From the UHGV virus genome UHGV-1351982: DNA of 64,000 nt, one strand, 5' to 3'. The notes under the pieces are model-generated. The model had not been told where the DNA came from. It made no database searches and saw only the letters and a program-made list of their open reading frames with translations. The DNA is from a virus. The position numbers were made by a program, and so were the translations under genes. Shown piece after piece: positions 40,567 to 49,192 of the stretch; within the stretch, counting starts at the first letter, position 1, and each line of letters begins with the position of its first letter.

Positions 40567-40586
40567 TACTGTATAAATATACAGTA
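40567..40586. promoter_or_regulatory. near-consensus LexA (SOS) box TACTGTATAAATATACAGTA
   Basis: Perfect palindrome TACTGTAT/ATACAGTA, 19 of 20 matches to the E. coli LexA consensus. Confidence 0.55.
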
Positions 40587-40690
40587 GAATAATCTGTTGA
40601 TAAGTCTGTGGATAACGCCTCAAAATCGCTAGGATTTTGTCAAGTCAAATCGTGCTGTTAATAAACCTGTGGATAACTTAAATAACAGTG
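40567..40690. repeat. right (inverted) copy of the about 120-bp repeat with LexA box (40567-40586) and two DnaA boxes TGTGGATAA (40607-40615, 40668-40676)
   Basis: Reverse complement aligns with 37100-37222. Confidence 0.6.
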
Positions 40691-40708
40691 TTTCTCACTT
40701 CGCTTTGT

Positions 40709-40852
40709 AAATGCGAGTCATTCTCATTATCATTCGCGTTTCCCTTCCTAAATGCAAATCATTCTCATTCGTATTCCGGTAGTCAAATGATAACTATTCT
40801 CATTCGCATTCAACTTCTCAAATGCGAATCAATCTCATTATCATTCGCATTT
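40709..40852. repeat. four tandem copies of a palindromic unit (AATGCGA..TTCTCATT..CATTCGC)
   Basis: Units at about 40709, 40750, 40785 and 40820; last unit has perfect 10-bp arms AAATGCGAAT/ATTCGCATTT. Confidence 0.6.
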
Positions 40853-40889
40853 CGGCAGGCAGGGCATTTTCTATTTGCCCTGCGCTTTT

Positions 40890-41489
40890 GTGCAAATCCG
40901 ACATTTGCCCCCACGGATTACGTGCCAGCGTGTATGTGCGAATCCGACAATTTTTGGTAGTGTGCAAATCCGACCCGAAATATTTTTATAGTGTGCGAAT
41001 CCGACAATGAATTTCCCTAAAAACTCCAGCAATCTCGAACTGCGATCGAATCCTGTGGGATATGCGCAAATCCGACATGAGTTTGCTAGGAGACAGATTT
41101 ATGGTTTCAGGAATATTTTTGTGACTTCGATGAGAGGGTGTGTAATTGTGTGAGTTTGGGGAGAAGTGCGAATCCGATGAGGTTTTGGGAGGAACTATGA
41201 GAGGAGCAGCGGTGTTGGTGCTTTAGCACCGATTTGCTGCGTTTTTGGGGATAATGTGAGATGTTTTGGGATAATTGGGCGTGGGGTGAGATAAAGTGAA
41301 ATTTTATTAGTTAAATGGGGCAAAATCGCTTGACAAGTGAAAATTCCTGTGTCCCTAAAAACTCAGGCAATCATGGGCCTTCGGCCCGAAATAATGCTGC
41401 TATTTTCAGGAGATTATGTGCTCATGAAAACTTAGGCAATTGTGCAAATCCGACCAGTTTTTAAACTTATATCAGTGTGCAAATCCGAT
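40890..41489. repeat. iteron-like array: 8 direct copies of GTGC(A/G)AATCCGA(C/T), all in one orientation, irregular spacing
   Basis: Copies at 40890, 40936, 40962, 40993, 41064 (variant GCGCAAATCCGAC), 41166, 41442, 41477. Confidence 0.7.
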
Positions 41490-42025
41490 AGCAATTTCCA
41501 GAAATGTGTTTTCAAAAAATGTTGTCTAGAAATAACCGCCCTCCCCATAACCGCCCTGTATTAACCGCCTATTGCTGGAGTTTCTAGGAACATGAAAACC
41601 GCCTGAGTTAATGGGAGTTTTCCTAGAAACTTAGGAGTCTAGAAGAAAGTGTTGTGCCATCCTAGCAGATGAGCGGCAACAGGTGTATCATCTTGAACGT
41701 TAATTTATCTATTTAACAGTATTAGTTTTTATATAAGTATAAGATCCCCAAGGGTTCTCATATAGAGCTTTGCCCCCGCCAGAAGGTCTCGTGATGTTTC
41801 TAGTAATCTTTATTAAATTACTTGTTGACTTGTCCTGTCGCTCCGTAACCTACGCTACAAGTCAGTAATTTAAGATTCCTGAACCACCACACCTTCTGTG
41901 TGGCAACTCTAAATGGTTAATTCTATTAACTCATAGAGTTATGATAACATACATTTAGCTATCTGTCAACGAGAGTTTGTATCTGAGTCTCGGTACAGGT
42001 ATTGTGCACCGAGACATGCAGGATC

Positions 42026-42913
42026 TTACAGTAACTCTTGGTATGCTTTTTGGTACGCCTCAGTGTTAGTAGGTGTATCTTTTGCAATAGTTATTAATTC
42101 ATCTGTGATCTGAATATTCGTATTATAACGTGAGTGGAACTCGTCAGGAATTTCTAGATACCTATTGATGAATGCTGCAGCAAGCGGTGAAGCTATACCC
42201 ATTTCTAGAACCCATCCAACTTGTTTCTCAAACTTCAAATAAGGAGATTCTGTTTGAATAGTAGAAGTTTTGGTTTCCTTGATTTCTTTTATTGGTAGGA
42301 TTGGATTTTCATAACGTGCTTCTTCAGGGATAGCAGATCTACGTTCTTTATAAATATAAGTCTCTAGATCCGATGCTTTAGACCCTGAATATACTGCAAA
42401 GACACTTGCTTTACCTTGTGATGCTCTAATTGGTAAATAGCAATTTGGATAACTTCTCAATGCATCGTGGAAAGGGCTTCCAGAATATTGATAACGCTCT
42501 CCATATAAATCATCAATGTTCATTCGTTCATCTTCGAAGATATGGAATGCACTAAATGAAGGTAGTGTGAAATATTCTGTTTCTAGCGCGCGAATTAAGA
42601 ATCGATGAGCATATGCACTAATCTTAATAACTGTGTAGGGTTTTTCTCCTTCTTTGAGAGCGTTACCCTTAGATGTAACTTGATAACGTTTTCCGAAGAA
42701 CTCTACTAAACGCTTCTCGTTTAAAGAGAGTGTAGAGTATAAACGTCCGTTCAGTCCTAGCAAGGTATCAAACATAAATGCTAGCTTATCTTTTTCTTCT
42801 TGGGTTAGTTCAGGAAATGGTAGGATCTTAGCATTTGGAATGTTATTTGTTTCCTTTGCCTTTCCTTTGCCAGCATTTTGTCTCAGTTTGTCTTTAAAAT
42901 TATAAGTACCCAT
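42026..42913 (-). CDS. hypothetical early protein (295 aa)
   Basis: ORF with coding-like composition; last gene of minus-strand early block. Confidence 0.5.
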   Translation of the reverse strand: MGTYNFKDKLRQNAGKGKAKETNNIPNAKILPFPELTQEEKDKLAFMFDTLLGLNGRLYSTLSLNEKRLVEFFGKRYQVTSKGNALKEGEKPYTVIKISAYAHRFLIRALETEYFTLPSFSAFHIFEDERMNIDDLYGERYQYSGSPFHDALRSYPNCYLPIRASQGKASVFAVYSGSKASDLETYIYKERRSAIPEEARYENPILPIKEIKETKTSTIQTESPYLKFEKQVGWVLEMGIASPLAAAFINRYLEIPDEFHSRYNTNIQITDELITIAKDTPTNTEAYQKAYQELL

Positions 42914-42982
42914 TGTATTTCCTTTTTAAGGTCAGATGACCTGCTTTTTATTTTAAAGCCTCCGTAGAGGCTTTTGTGTTAG

Positions 42983-43228
42983 CTACTTTTTGCGTGGTAT
43001 TACATCCACACATACTAGACCTAGTTGTTTAACAAGATCTGCTAAATAACAATGATGCAAGATTGCTTCTTTTGGTATTTTACTTACTAACTCAATAATA
43101 GTGCGTAGATCTTGTTGGTTAGCAAAGAAAACATGTCTGATTTCTTCTTTTAAATAAATACCAAACGTATCTGTATTAATAAGTTTTATACTAAAGTCTT
43201 CATGTTCATAAGAGAGCAGTGTATCCAT
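42983..43228 (-). CDS. hypothetical protein (81 aa)
   Basis: ORF, start overlaps upstream gene stop. Confidence 0.4.
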   Translation of the reverse strand: MDTLLSYEHEDFSIKLINTDTFGIYLKEEIRHVFFANQQDLRTIIELVSKIPKEAILHHCYLADLVKQLGLVCVDVIPRKK

Positions 43229-43890
43229 TAACGACCTCTAGCCTTATCTGCATCAATAGCTTCGAATACTTTCGTTAACATTTCTTCAAGCTCACCTTCT
43301 TTGCTAGGATTGCTCAAGCGAATAGTATATGAGTTCCTAGAAACTCCGGAGTCCTCGAACTGTTTCTGTGCTATCTCTTGGAACTTCTCGGTAGACCCCG
43401 TCCCACCATCCGCAATCTTTAGAGCATCAATTTTAGTACCGATTACCATTCCATTAGCTAGAATGGGTTCTCCACTAACTTCACCAAACTTATAAGACTG
43501 TGTGCTATTTACTACACCACCACACTTAATATTGTGCATATCCAACATTAATCTTTTATCAGAATTATTTAATATCGTGATTGGTCCCGACTGCCACGGA
43601 TCTCTAATAGTTACTGGAGTACTCGGGCGATTCACCTCAGTCTTCACGAGTTTGTATCCAGCGTCGATTAGTGAATTAATCAGATTATCAGCCGGGATGC
43701 GAGCTGTGCCAAAGATCTTACGAGCATTCATGAGTTTAGCCTGAAACTCTTTGCACGCCTGAAGATCAATGTGCAAAAACGACAGTTGCATAGATTTAAA
43801 TTGTACTGTAGCAGTCAGATCTTTAAAGCTATAATCCCACGTGTCGAGTTCGTGATCTGCAACTACTTTAATGGTTTGTTGTGTAAACAT
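43228..43890 (-). CDS. hypothetical protein (220 aa)
   Basis: ORF. Confidence 0.5.
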   Translation of the reverse strand: MFTQQTIKVVADHELDTWDYSFKDLTATVQFKSMQLSFLHIDLQACKEFQAKLMNARKIFGTARIPADNLINSLIDAGYKLVKTEVNRPSTPVTIRDPWQSGPITILNNSDKRLMLDMHNIKCGGVVNSTQSYKFGEVSGEPILANGMVIGTKIDALKIADGGTGSTEKFQEIAQKQFEDSGVSRNSYTIRLSNPSKEGELEEMLTKVFEAIDADKARGR

Positions 43891-44075
43891 TATCTATTCT
43901 CCAGTTTATCTAACAGCTTACGAGCTGCGATATTATGTTGTTTAATTTCTCGGTTAAGAATCTCATTCTCACTATTTAATTCTAGATTCTTAACATTAAG
44001 ACGACTGCATATAATTATCAAGCCTAGAATAGTTAAGAGTGAGCCGCCTAGTAGTACAAGAAGTAGTGTTTCCAT
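43890..44075 (-). CDS. small membrane protein (61 aa)
   Basis: N-terminal TM helix LLLVLLGGSLLTILGLIIIC. Confidence 0.35.
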   Translation of the reverse strand: METLLLVLLGGSLLTILGLIIICSRLNVKNLELNSENEILNREIKQHNIAARKLLDKLENR

Positions 44076-44076
44076 A

Positions 44077-44361
44077 TTAACCCCAGATTAGCATCCAACT
44101 TTTATCAAAGGTGGCTGCTCTATTAATTACTTCACGCATAGAGATACTATTATCTTCTACAGCTTCTATTACAAACTCATGCCCAAAAGAGTCTAGCAGA
44201 TATTCTTTACCATCAATCTTTACCTTAAATAGGGTAGGAACTAACGGATGATTATTTGGGTAAGGATTTGTACCTATAAAGACTTCATGCCTCCCCCACG
44301 TCGTCTTGAATAGTTTGTGGGAGAGTAGAGCTAAGGGGTTTGACCAGACTACGTACTCCAT
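44077..44361 (-). CDS. hypothetical protein (94 aa)
   Basis: ORF. Confidence 0.35.
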   Translation of the reverse strand: MEYVVWSNPLALLSHKLFKTTWGRHEVFIGTNPYPNNHPLVPTLFKVKIDGKEYLLDSFGHEFVIEAVEDNSISMREVINRAATFDKSWMLIWG

Positions 44362-44827
44362 CTTTCTTTAACTCCTGTTTTAACTTTTGATCTTTATTAT
44401 ACCAAATTATGTGCTCACCGTCAACTACAAATTTGTGGAAAGATGCTGGTACGGTGTACACTCCATATTCTGTTAAGCGTGTCACAACTTTATGGGCGCA
44501 TAATCGGCAACCGTGTCCTTCTAAGTGAGACCGTGCAGTTTGCAAGAAGTAACCATCGTGATCTGGACAATAGATTTCAACTTGCTGTTGCATCGTTCTA
44601 TACTTAACTCTTTCATACCCAAAGAACTTACCATGTGCTTCTACAGCTCTTCTAATAAAGATTAGATTAAGTGCATCTTGCTGAAAGTCTGGATGAAGTT
44701 GTTTGAGTTTAGTTCTATTAATAGATCCATCTGACTTAGTGAATCTATTTATAGGGAATTGTAGTGCTTCCTCATACAGTAATTCGTTTATTTTATCACG
44801 CATAGTATACACGAAAGGCCAGAACAA
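44285..44827 (-). CDS. hypothetical protein with Cys/His cluster (180 aa)
   Basis: CPDHDGY..HLEGHGCRLCAHK suggests a zinc-binding motif. Confidence 0.4.
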   Translation of the reverse strand: MFWPFVYTMRDKINELLYEEALQFPINRFTKSDGSINRTKLKQLHPDFQQDALNLIFIRRAVEAHGKFFGYERVKYRTMQQQVEIYCPDHDGYFLQTARSHLEGHGCRLCAHKVVTRLTEYGVYTVPASFHKFVVDGEHIIWYNKDQKLKQELKKDGVRSLVKPLSSTLPQTIQDDVGEA

Positions 44828-44847
44828 TTAAGTTCTGGCCTCTAGGA

Positions 44848-45297
44848 TTAGTGAAGTTGCTTGCCGTTTAAGGCCATATCAGCAGTTTCCAGAAGAGATT
44901 CGGTAATCTCACGAGAAACTAGATATTCATCAATTGAATGGCGGCGTTTATAGGCATAAGCATTAACAATCAGATCTAGAGCACCGAGAACATCATGAAC
45001 AGTTACTTCTTCATCATTATCTAGCTCTTCTTGGGTGATCTCAATTAATTGGCCCACTGCCATTAAAAGCCCAAGAATATCTGCTGTTTCACCTGCCACC
45101 AGCGGATTAGCACATCCTACTGTAAGATCGAAAGCATGATTGACAATTGACTGTCCATCAACGCTTCCTTCTTCAATCTGCTTCTCCAACTGCTTCATCT
45201 GCTCTAGCACTGGATTTTTCTTTTGTGTCATGGTAAAGATTTCCTGTATCAGTTGGAAGGAATGCCGATTGTGCCTTCGGCGGATGTTGTTTAGCAA
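44848..45297 (-). CDS. hypothetical protein (149 aa, start uncertain)
   Basis: ORF; 5' end overlaps the next ORF so the true start is probably downstream. Confidence 0.4.
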   Translation of the reverse strand: MLNNIRRRHNRHSFQLIQEIFTMTQKKNPVLEQMKQLEKQIEEGSVDGQSIVNHAFDLTVGCANPLVAGETADILGLLMAVGQLIEITQEELDNDEEVTVHDVLGALDLIVNAYAYKRRHSIDEYLVSREITESLLETADMALNGKQLH

Positions 45298-45640
45298 TCC
45301 AGTTGAGGATCAGTACACGGCTAGGAACGATATCGGTATTATACCAGAAGTCATGAACCCAATGTCGTGCATCTTCGAACTTACCGAACTTATATGCTTT
45401 CTTAAACAGTTCAAAACCAAAACAGTCAGGTGCAAAATCTACATCACGATAAGGAATTACCTTAGAACCAGTGAGATCTTGAATCGCTGCGTTAATCTCT
45501 GTATGCGAGAACTTCGTTTCATGGAAAGTATTAAAGAAGCGGTAATTAAAACGTCCGTTCGTTTCGACAAACAACTGGATGAATAAATCATTAAATTGGC
45601 TATCAAACCAGTAATTCTGTAATCTTTGCAGTGCTGTCAT
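45173..45640 (-). CDS. hypothetical protein (155 aa)
   Basis: ORF. Confidence 0.4.
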   Translation of the reverse strand: MTALQRLQNYWFDSQFNDLFIQLFVETNGRFNYRFFNTFHETKFSHTEINAAIQDLTGSKVIPYRDVDFAPDCFGFELFKKAYKFGKFEDARHWVHDFWYNTDIVPSRVLILNWIAKQHPPKAQSAFLPTDTGNLYHDTKEKSSARADEAVGEAD

Positions 45641-45837
45641 TTACGAACTCCATTTATTGCTGCGATAACGCCTTCATACATGAAAGGAAGAACTTGTGAA
45701 ATGTGGAAATCTTGAACTGTCCAACCAGCTTCTTGGTACATAATGTTAATGATTGCACAACTTAACATAAAGGCTGGTAGAACTATAAAGTAATCCCACG
45801 TTGCTTTCTGCAAGTTAGGGTTATAAAAATTAATCAT
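45637..45837 (-). CDS. small membrane protein (66 aa)
   Basis: Hydrophobic segment FIVLPAFMLSCAIINIM. Confidence 0.35.
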   Translation of the reverse strand: MINFYNPNLQKATWDYFIVLPAFMLSCAIINIMYQEAGWTVQDFHISQVLPFMYEGVIAAINGVRK

Positions 45838-45937
45838 CTATTTTTAAGTCTCCGTATTACTTTGGCCTGCTCAACGATTATGAAAACGGCAACCACTAAA
45901 CCGAAGATTAGGATTGCCGTAATAGTTGTTAAATCAA

Positions 45938-46270
45938 TCAAGGCAGACGCCAAACGTAATGGGCTGTCCAAAGTGTTTCTGGTTCATCGTCATGATGCAT
46001 CACTAGGGACTCTGGAGAATAACTATTAGCCAGTTCTTTACGAACCATTTCACGTTCTTCACCAGTTTCAATATTTTTAACAATCACTTTCATATTAAGA
46101 GGAGTTAACTCAGAAAGCGGTCGCCATAAGTCTTCCAGATCTGTTTTAGTTTTATTCTGGATGGATTGCAGTACTTCTAGTGTCTGAGGGTCTACGTTAA
46201 TAAACCCACATTCAGTAACAAAACCTAGAAACTCGTCCAGCAGGGTTAGTTCACTAAAATTAAGCTTCAT
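45938..46270 (-). CDS. hypothetical protein (110 aa)
   Basis: ORF. Confidence 0.4.
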   Translation of the reverse strand: MKLNFSELTLLDEFLGFVTECGFINVDPQTLEVLQSIQNKTKTDLEDLWRPLSELTPLNMKVIVKNIETGEEREMVRKELANSYSPESLVMHHDDEPETLWTAHYVWRLP

Positions 46271-46505
46271 CTTTCAGGATATCCTCGATCATGTCAGAAG
46301 ATTGCTGTAGTTCGTCTACAATGCGTCTAACGTCAGTTTTTGTTACTTTACCGGCCAACATCGTGAATAGCATAGCAACGATGATGATAGGAACCGGCAG
46401 AACAAACAGTGCTACTTTACCAACGTTCTTCGGAGTCCAGGTGTGATACTTAGTAACCAGAACACCAACAATAACCAGATAAAAAGCTAAGATAATTAAC
46501 ATCAT
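46260..46505 (-). CDS. small membrane protein (81 aa)
   Basis: Two hydrophobic helices. Confidence 0.4.
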   Translation of the reverse strand: MMLIILAFYLVIVGVLVTKYHTWTPKNVGKVALFVLPVPIIIVAMLFTMLAGKVTKTDVRRIVDELQQSSDMIEDILKDEA

Positions 46506-46783
46506 TTCTTAATCTCCGTGATTACCTGAGCGCGCAGGACTTTAATAGGAAGTTTAGTGTTACCAACAAGAGTTTCAATATTCGTTAGCTTTTCTTTAAG
46601 GAGATCTGAGCGTCTTTGCGTGTCCTCGATATCTTTTTCAGCAGCTATATATTTTTCCCAAAGCGCATTGTTGGTGGCCTTCATTGCTTCCATATTTTTA
46701 TTAGCATTAAGAATGCCAATGATTCCACCAATTGCTGCTAAAGTAGTGAGAACCAGCAATCCAATTAAAATTTCTGTAATCAT
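46502..46783 (-). CDS. membrane-anchored coiled-coil protein (93 aa)
   Basis: N-terminal TM helix then coiled-coil. Confidence 0.4.
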   Translation of the reverse strand: MITEILIGLLVLTTLAAIGGIIGILNANKNMEAMKATNNALWEKYIAAEKDIEDTQRRSDLLKEKLTNIETLVGNTKLPIKVLRAQVITEIKK

Positions 46784-47178
46784 TTAAATACTCCGTTGCC
46801 ACATTCAATATATGGGCTTATAGTTCTATAAAACGTGATTTTTTCTAAAGATTGGTCTATTGATTTACAAAATCTTTTGGCCTCTTCAATTTGATGCTTT
46901 ATTTCTTCCAAGTCTTTCATAACGTGTGCATCTTTTACTTCAGCACCGGAATATTTTGAGAGAGCTATATCAAACTCTGCTTGATTAAGCACAAGGTTTG
47001 CTTCTGCGAGCATTTTATTACGTTTTGCTTGTTCTTTGATTTCCGGGCTAATGTACACTTGTTCAAGAGCTTCTTTCTTCTCATGCTGATTAAGCATGAA
47101 GTCACTAACACCGAGTGTGATAGCTAGAGAGACTAGGGCATTCAGCCCTAGTACAAGTAAGAATTTTCCATTAGTCAT
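46780..47178 (-). CDS. membrane-anchored protein (132 aa)
   Basis: N-terminal TM helix. Confidence 0.4.
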   Translation of the reverse strand: MTNGKFLLVLGLNALVSLAITLGVSDFMLNQHEKKEALEQVYISPEIKEQAKRNKMLAEANLVLNQAEFDIALSKYSGAEVKDAHVMKDLEEIKHQIEEAKRFCKSIDQSLEKITFYRTISPYIECGNGVFK

Positions 47179-47429
47179 TATTTCTTACCTTTCAGTTGCT
47201 TAACTTCACGCTCAAAGGATGCTGCACGACGTTCGGCAGTTGCCTGATGCTCTTTCGCAAAACGTGCTTCCTGTTTTGTTAGGTTGAATGCCATAGCATT
47301 CTTGTTCAGAGAATCATACATTTTTTTCATTGCCGGAATAGACATCTTCATGAGCTGACCTTCAAAACCCTGCATATCGAGGAGAATTGCCAGAACGTTA
47401 GCCATTTCAGTTTTAGTCATGTTTTCCAT
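47178..47429 (-). CDS. hypothetical protein (83 aa)
   Basis: ORF directly downstream of promoter 47464-47492. Confidence 0.4.
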   Translation of the reverse strand: MENMTKTEMANVLAILLDMQGFEGQLMKMSIPAMKKMYDSLNKNAMAFNLTKQEARFAKEHQATAERRAASFEREVKQLKGKK

Positions 47430-47463
47430 TAGAATTTCCTCTCTCTCATTAATTTATGAACTT

Positions 47464-47492
47464 ATTATACAGAATTTTAAAGCTAAAAGCAA
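47464..47492 (-). promoter_or_regulatory. early promoter (TTGCTT-N17-TGTATAAT) with conserved leader
   Basis: Read on minus strand; leader TAAATTAATGAGAGAGAGG precedes ATG at 47429. Confidence 0.55.
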
Positions 47493-47509
47493 CTGAATTT
47501 TTTATTTAC

Positions 47510-47941
47510 TTACCAATCGTTAACGAAACCTGAGAACTCAGAAGCAAATACTAGCTCAAATTTCTCAGCAATTTCAGGATGATCTTTACAGATCAGTTCG
47601 ATACACTTCTCAGGTTCCATACCATCTTCTTCGGGGTCACCATAATACTTGTCCCAAAGATCGTCAGGAATAACTTGCTCAGCTAGATCTTGGAAGTTCA
47701 CTAACTGATAGCGTGGAGTATCCTCATTAATAAAGATCTCATGCAATTCCTCAGATACTTCTCCTTTATAATCGGAAATTAGCAGAGCATTGCAAGCAAA
47801 ACATTCCCACATCATCAAACGCTCAGAAATCGGGTTAGATTTGTCTTGAACATAGGACTGAAAGACTGCCTTAAAAGTAGCTTTAACTTGCTCAAACTTA
47901 TCTGCTGTTGCGATTAAAAGTGCTTTATCAATCTTTTGCAT
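47510..47941 (-). CDS. hypothetical protein (143 aa)
   Basis: ORF downstream of promoter 47971-48000. Confidence 0.45.
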   Translation of the reverse strand: MQKIDKALLIATADKFEQVKATFKAVFQSYVQDKSNPISERLMMWECFACNALLISDYKGEVSEELHEIFINEDTPRYQLVNFQDLAEQVIPDDLWDKYYGDPEEDGMEPEKCIELICKDHPEIAEKFELVFASEFSGFVNDW

Positions 47942-47970
47942 TTTGATTCCTTCTCATCAATTTATAAAGT

Positions 47971-48000
47971 ATATATACAGAAAACTAAGCGTTTTAGCAA
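47971..48000 (-). promoter_or_regulatory. early promoter (TTGCTA-N18-TATATA)
   Basis: Minus strand; leader TTTATAAATTGATGAGAAGG precedes ATG at 47941. Confidence 0.5.
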
Positions 48001-48102
48001 ATGAAGTTTTAAAATAAAAGGCCTAAGCCTAGGCCTGTAAAGAAAGAGATAAGGACTACTATCCCTATTGCTATAAATAGCTCACGAGCCATTCCATCAA
48101 AA

Positions 48103-48687
48103 TCAAACATCATATACTCCCATCGCTAAATCTCCAGCATCAATTTCAGATACCACACCAGTTACAGGATCAACAATTTTATTCCACGTCTGAAACTTGC
48201 CAGATACAATATCCTCTAGAGGAATTGGAGTCTTACTCATCTCAAAGGAGACGTTGATATAGCGTTGGTCACGTACAGAATTAGTGTGCACGTGCCCGTG
48301 AATGTTCAGCTTACCCCGAAGTTCCTCTGGATGTAAAGGACAGTGAGATAGCCAAAACTTCTTGCCACCACCAGTCTGCTTACCTAGAGCTTGAATATCA
48401 TCATAAACGTCTACAAGATCTTTAATACGCAGACCCTGACGCTCAGCATCATGGTTGCCCATGATTAACTGGTTAGGCACGTTGTGGATAACCGACTTCA
48501 ATTTGGCCAATCCTTCACGTCCCACGGCACTATCTCCTAGCAGTACAAGTTTTGTACGCTTGCCAATGTGCTTGGACAAAGTATCCAGAATATATTCGTC
48601 ATGCTCTTTCATGTTCTTAAACCACGGACGGAAGCGAAGAGTTCCAGGGTGGTCTAAGTGCAACTCCGACCAGAATTTAACTTTCAT
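48103..48687 (-). CDS. metallophosphoesterase (calcineurin-like)
   Basis: Motifs LLGDSAVGR, IMGNHDAE, GHVH; 194 aa. Confidence 0.6.
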   Translation of the reverse strand: MKVKFWSELHLDHPGTLRFRPWFKNMKEHDEYILDTLSKHIGKRTKLVLLGDSAVGREGLAKLKSVIHNVPNQLIMGNHDAERQGLRIKDLVDVYDDIQALGKQTGGGKKFWLSHCPLHPEELRGKLNIHGHVHTNSVRDQRYINVSFEMSKTPIPLEDIVSGKFQTWNKIVDPVTGVVSEIDAGDLAMGVYDV

Positions 48688-48893
48688 TATTTATTCCTTA
48701 CACATGTGGATGTAATAGTTATGGTATCCCAGAATGGGCCTTTTGTGATCCCAATCTGGATACTAGAATTATCTAGTTTACCATTAGCCACATCGCATAG
48801 CTGTTTGGTATCTTCTGCGGTGAATCGCATACTATTATCATAAGGATTACATCCAGCTAACAGAAATATGGATAAGAATACCAGCTTTTTCAT
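48687..48893 (-). CDS. small lipoprotein (68 aa)
   Basis: Signal peptide with lipobox LLAGC. Confidence 0.4.
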   Translation of the reverse strand: MKKLVFLSIFLLAGCNPYDNSMRFTAEDTKQLCDVANGKLDNSSIQIGITKGPFWDTITITSTCVRNK

Positions 48894-48895
48894 TA

Positions 48896-49192
48896 CTACC
48901 TCTGTTTAGTTAACCAATACATATGGTGCTCATATTGATAGCGATTCCACTTATCTTTAAATTCATTCATATGATTAAAGATATGTTTGGCTAAATCGTT
49001 AGCATTCTCTAGTGTTTTAGCATAAAGTTTTACTGGTTCGCTATTTTCATATGAGATAATAATAAAGAGCCTATTATCTTCTTCAAATGAGGGGGATATA
49101 GATCGTATCCCCTCAACATCAATAAAGCCAGCCCAGCCTAGAGACTCAAAGTTACAATACTTAGTAATTGTTGGTATAATAGGTTTTTCCAT
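48896..49192 (-). CDS. hypothetical protein (98 aa)
   Basis: ORF. Confidence 0.4.
   Translation of the reverse strand: MEKPIIPTITKYCNFESLGWAGFIDVEGIRSISPSFEEDNRLFIIISYENSEPVKLYAKTLENANDLAKHIFNHMNEFKDKWNRYQYEHHMYWLTKQR

Noticed and set aside
40890-41489. Possible CRISPR array suggested by multiple short direct repeats
   Set aside because: Repeat unit is only about 13 bp, spacing is irregular (24-270 bp), copies are degenerate, and there are no cas genes; more consistent with a protein-binding or injection-stop repeat tract.
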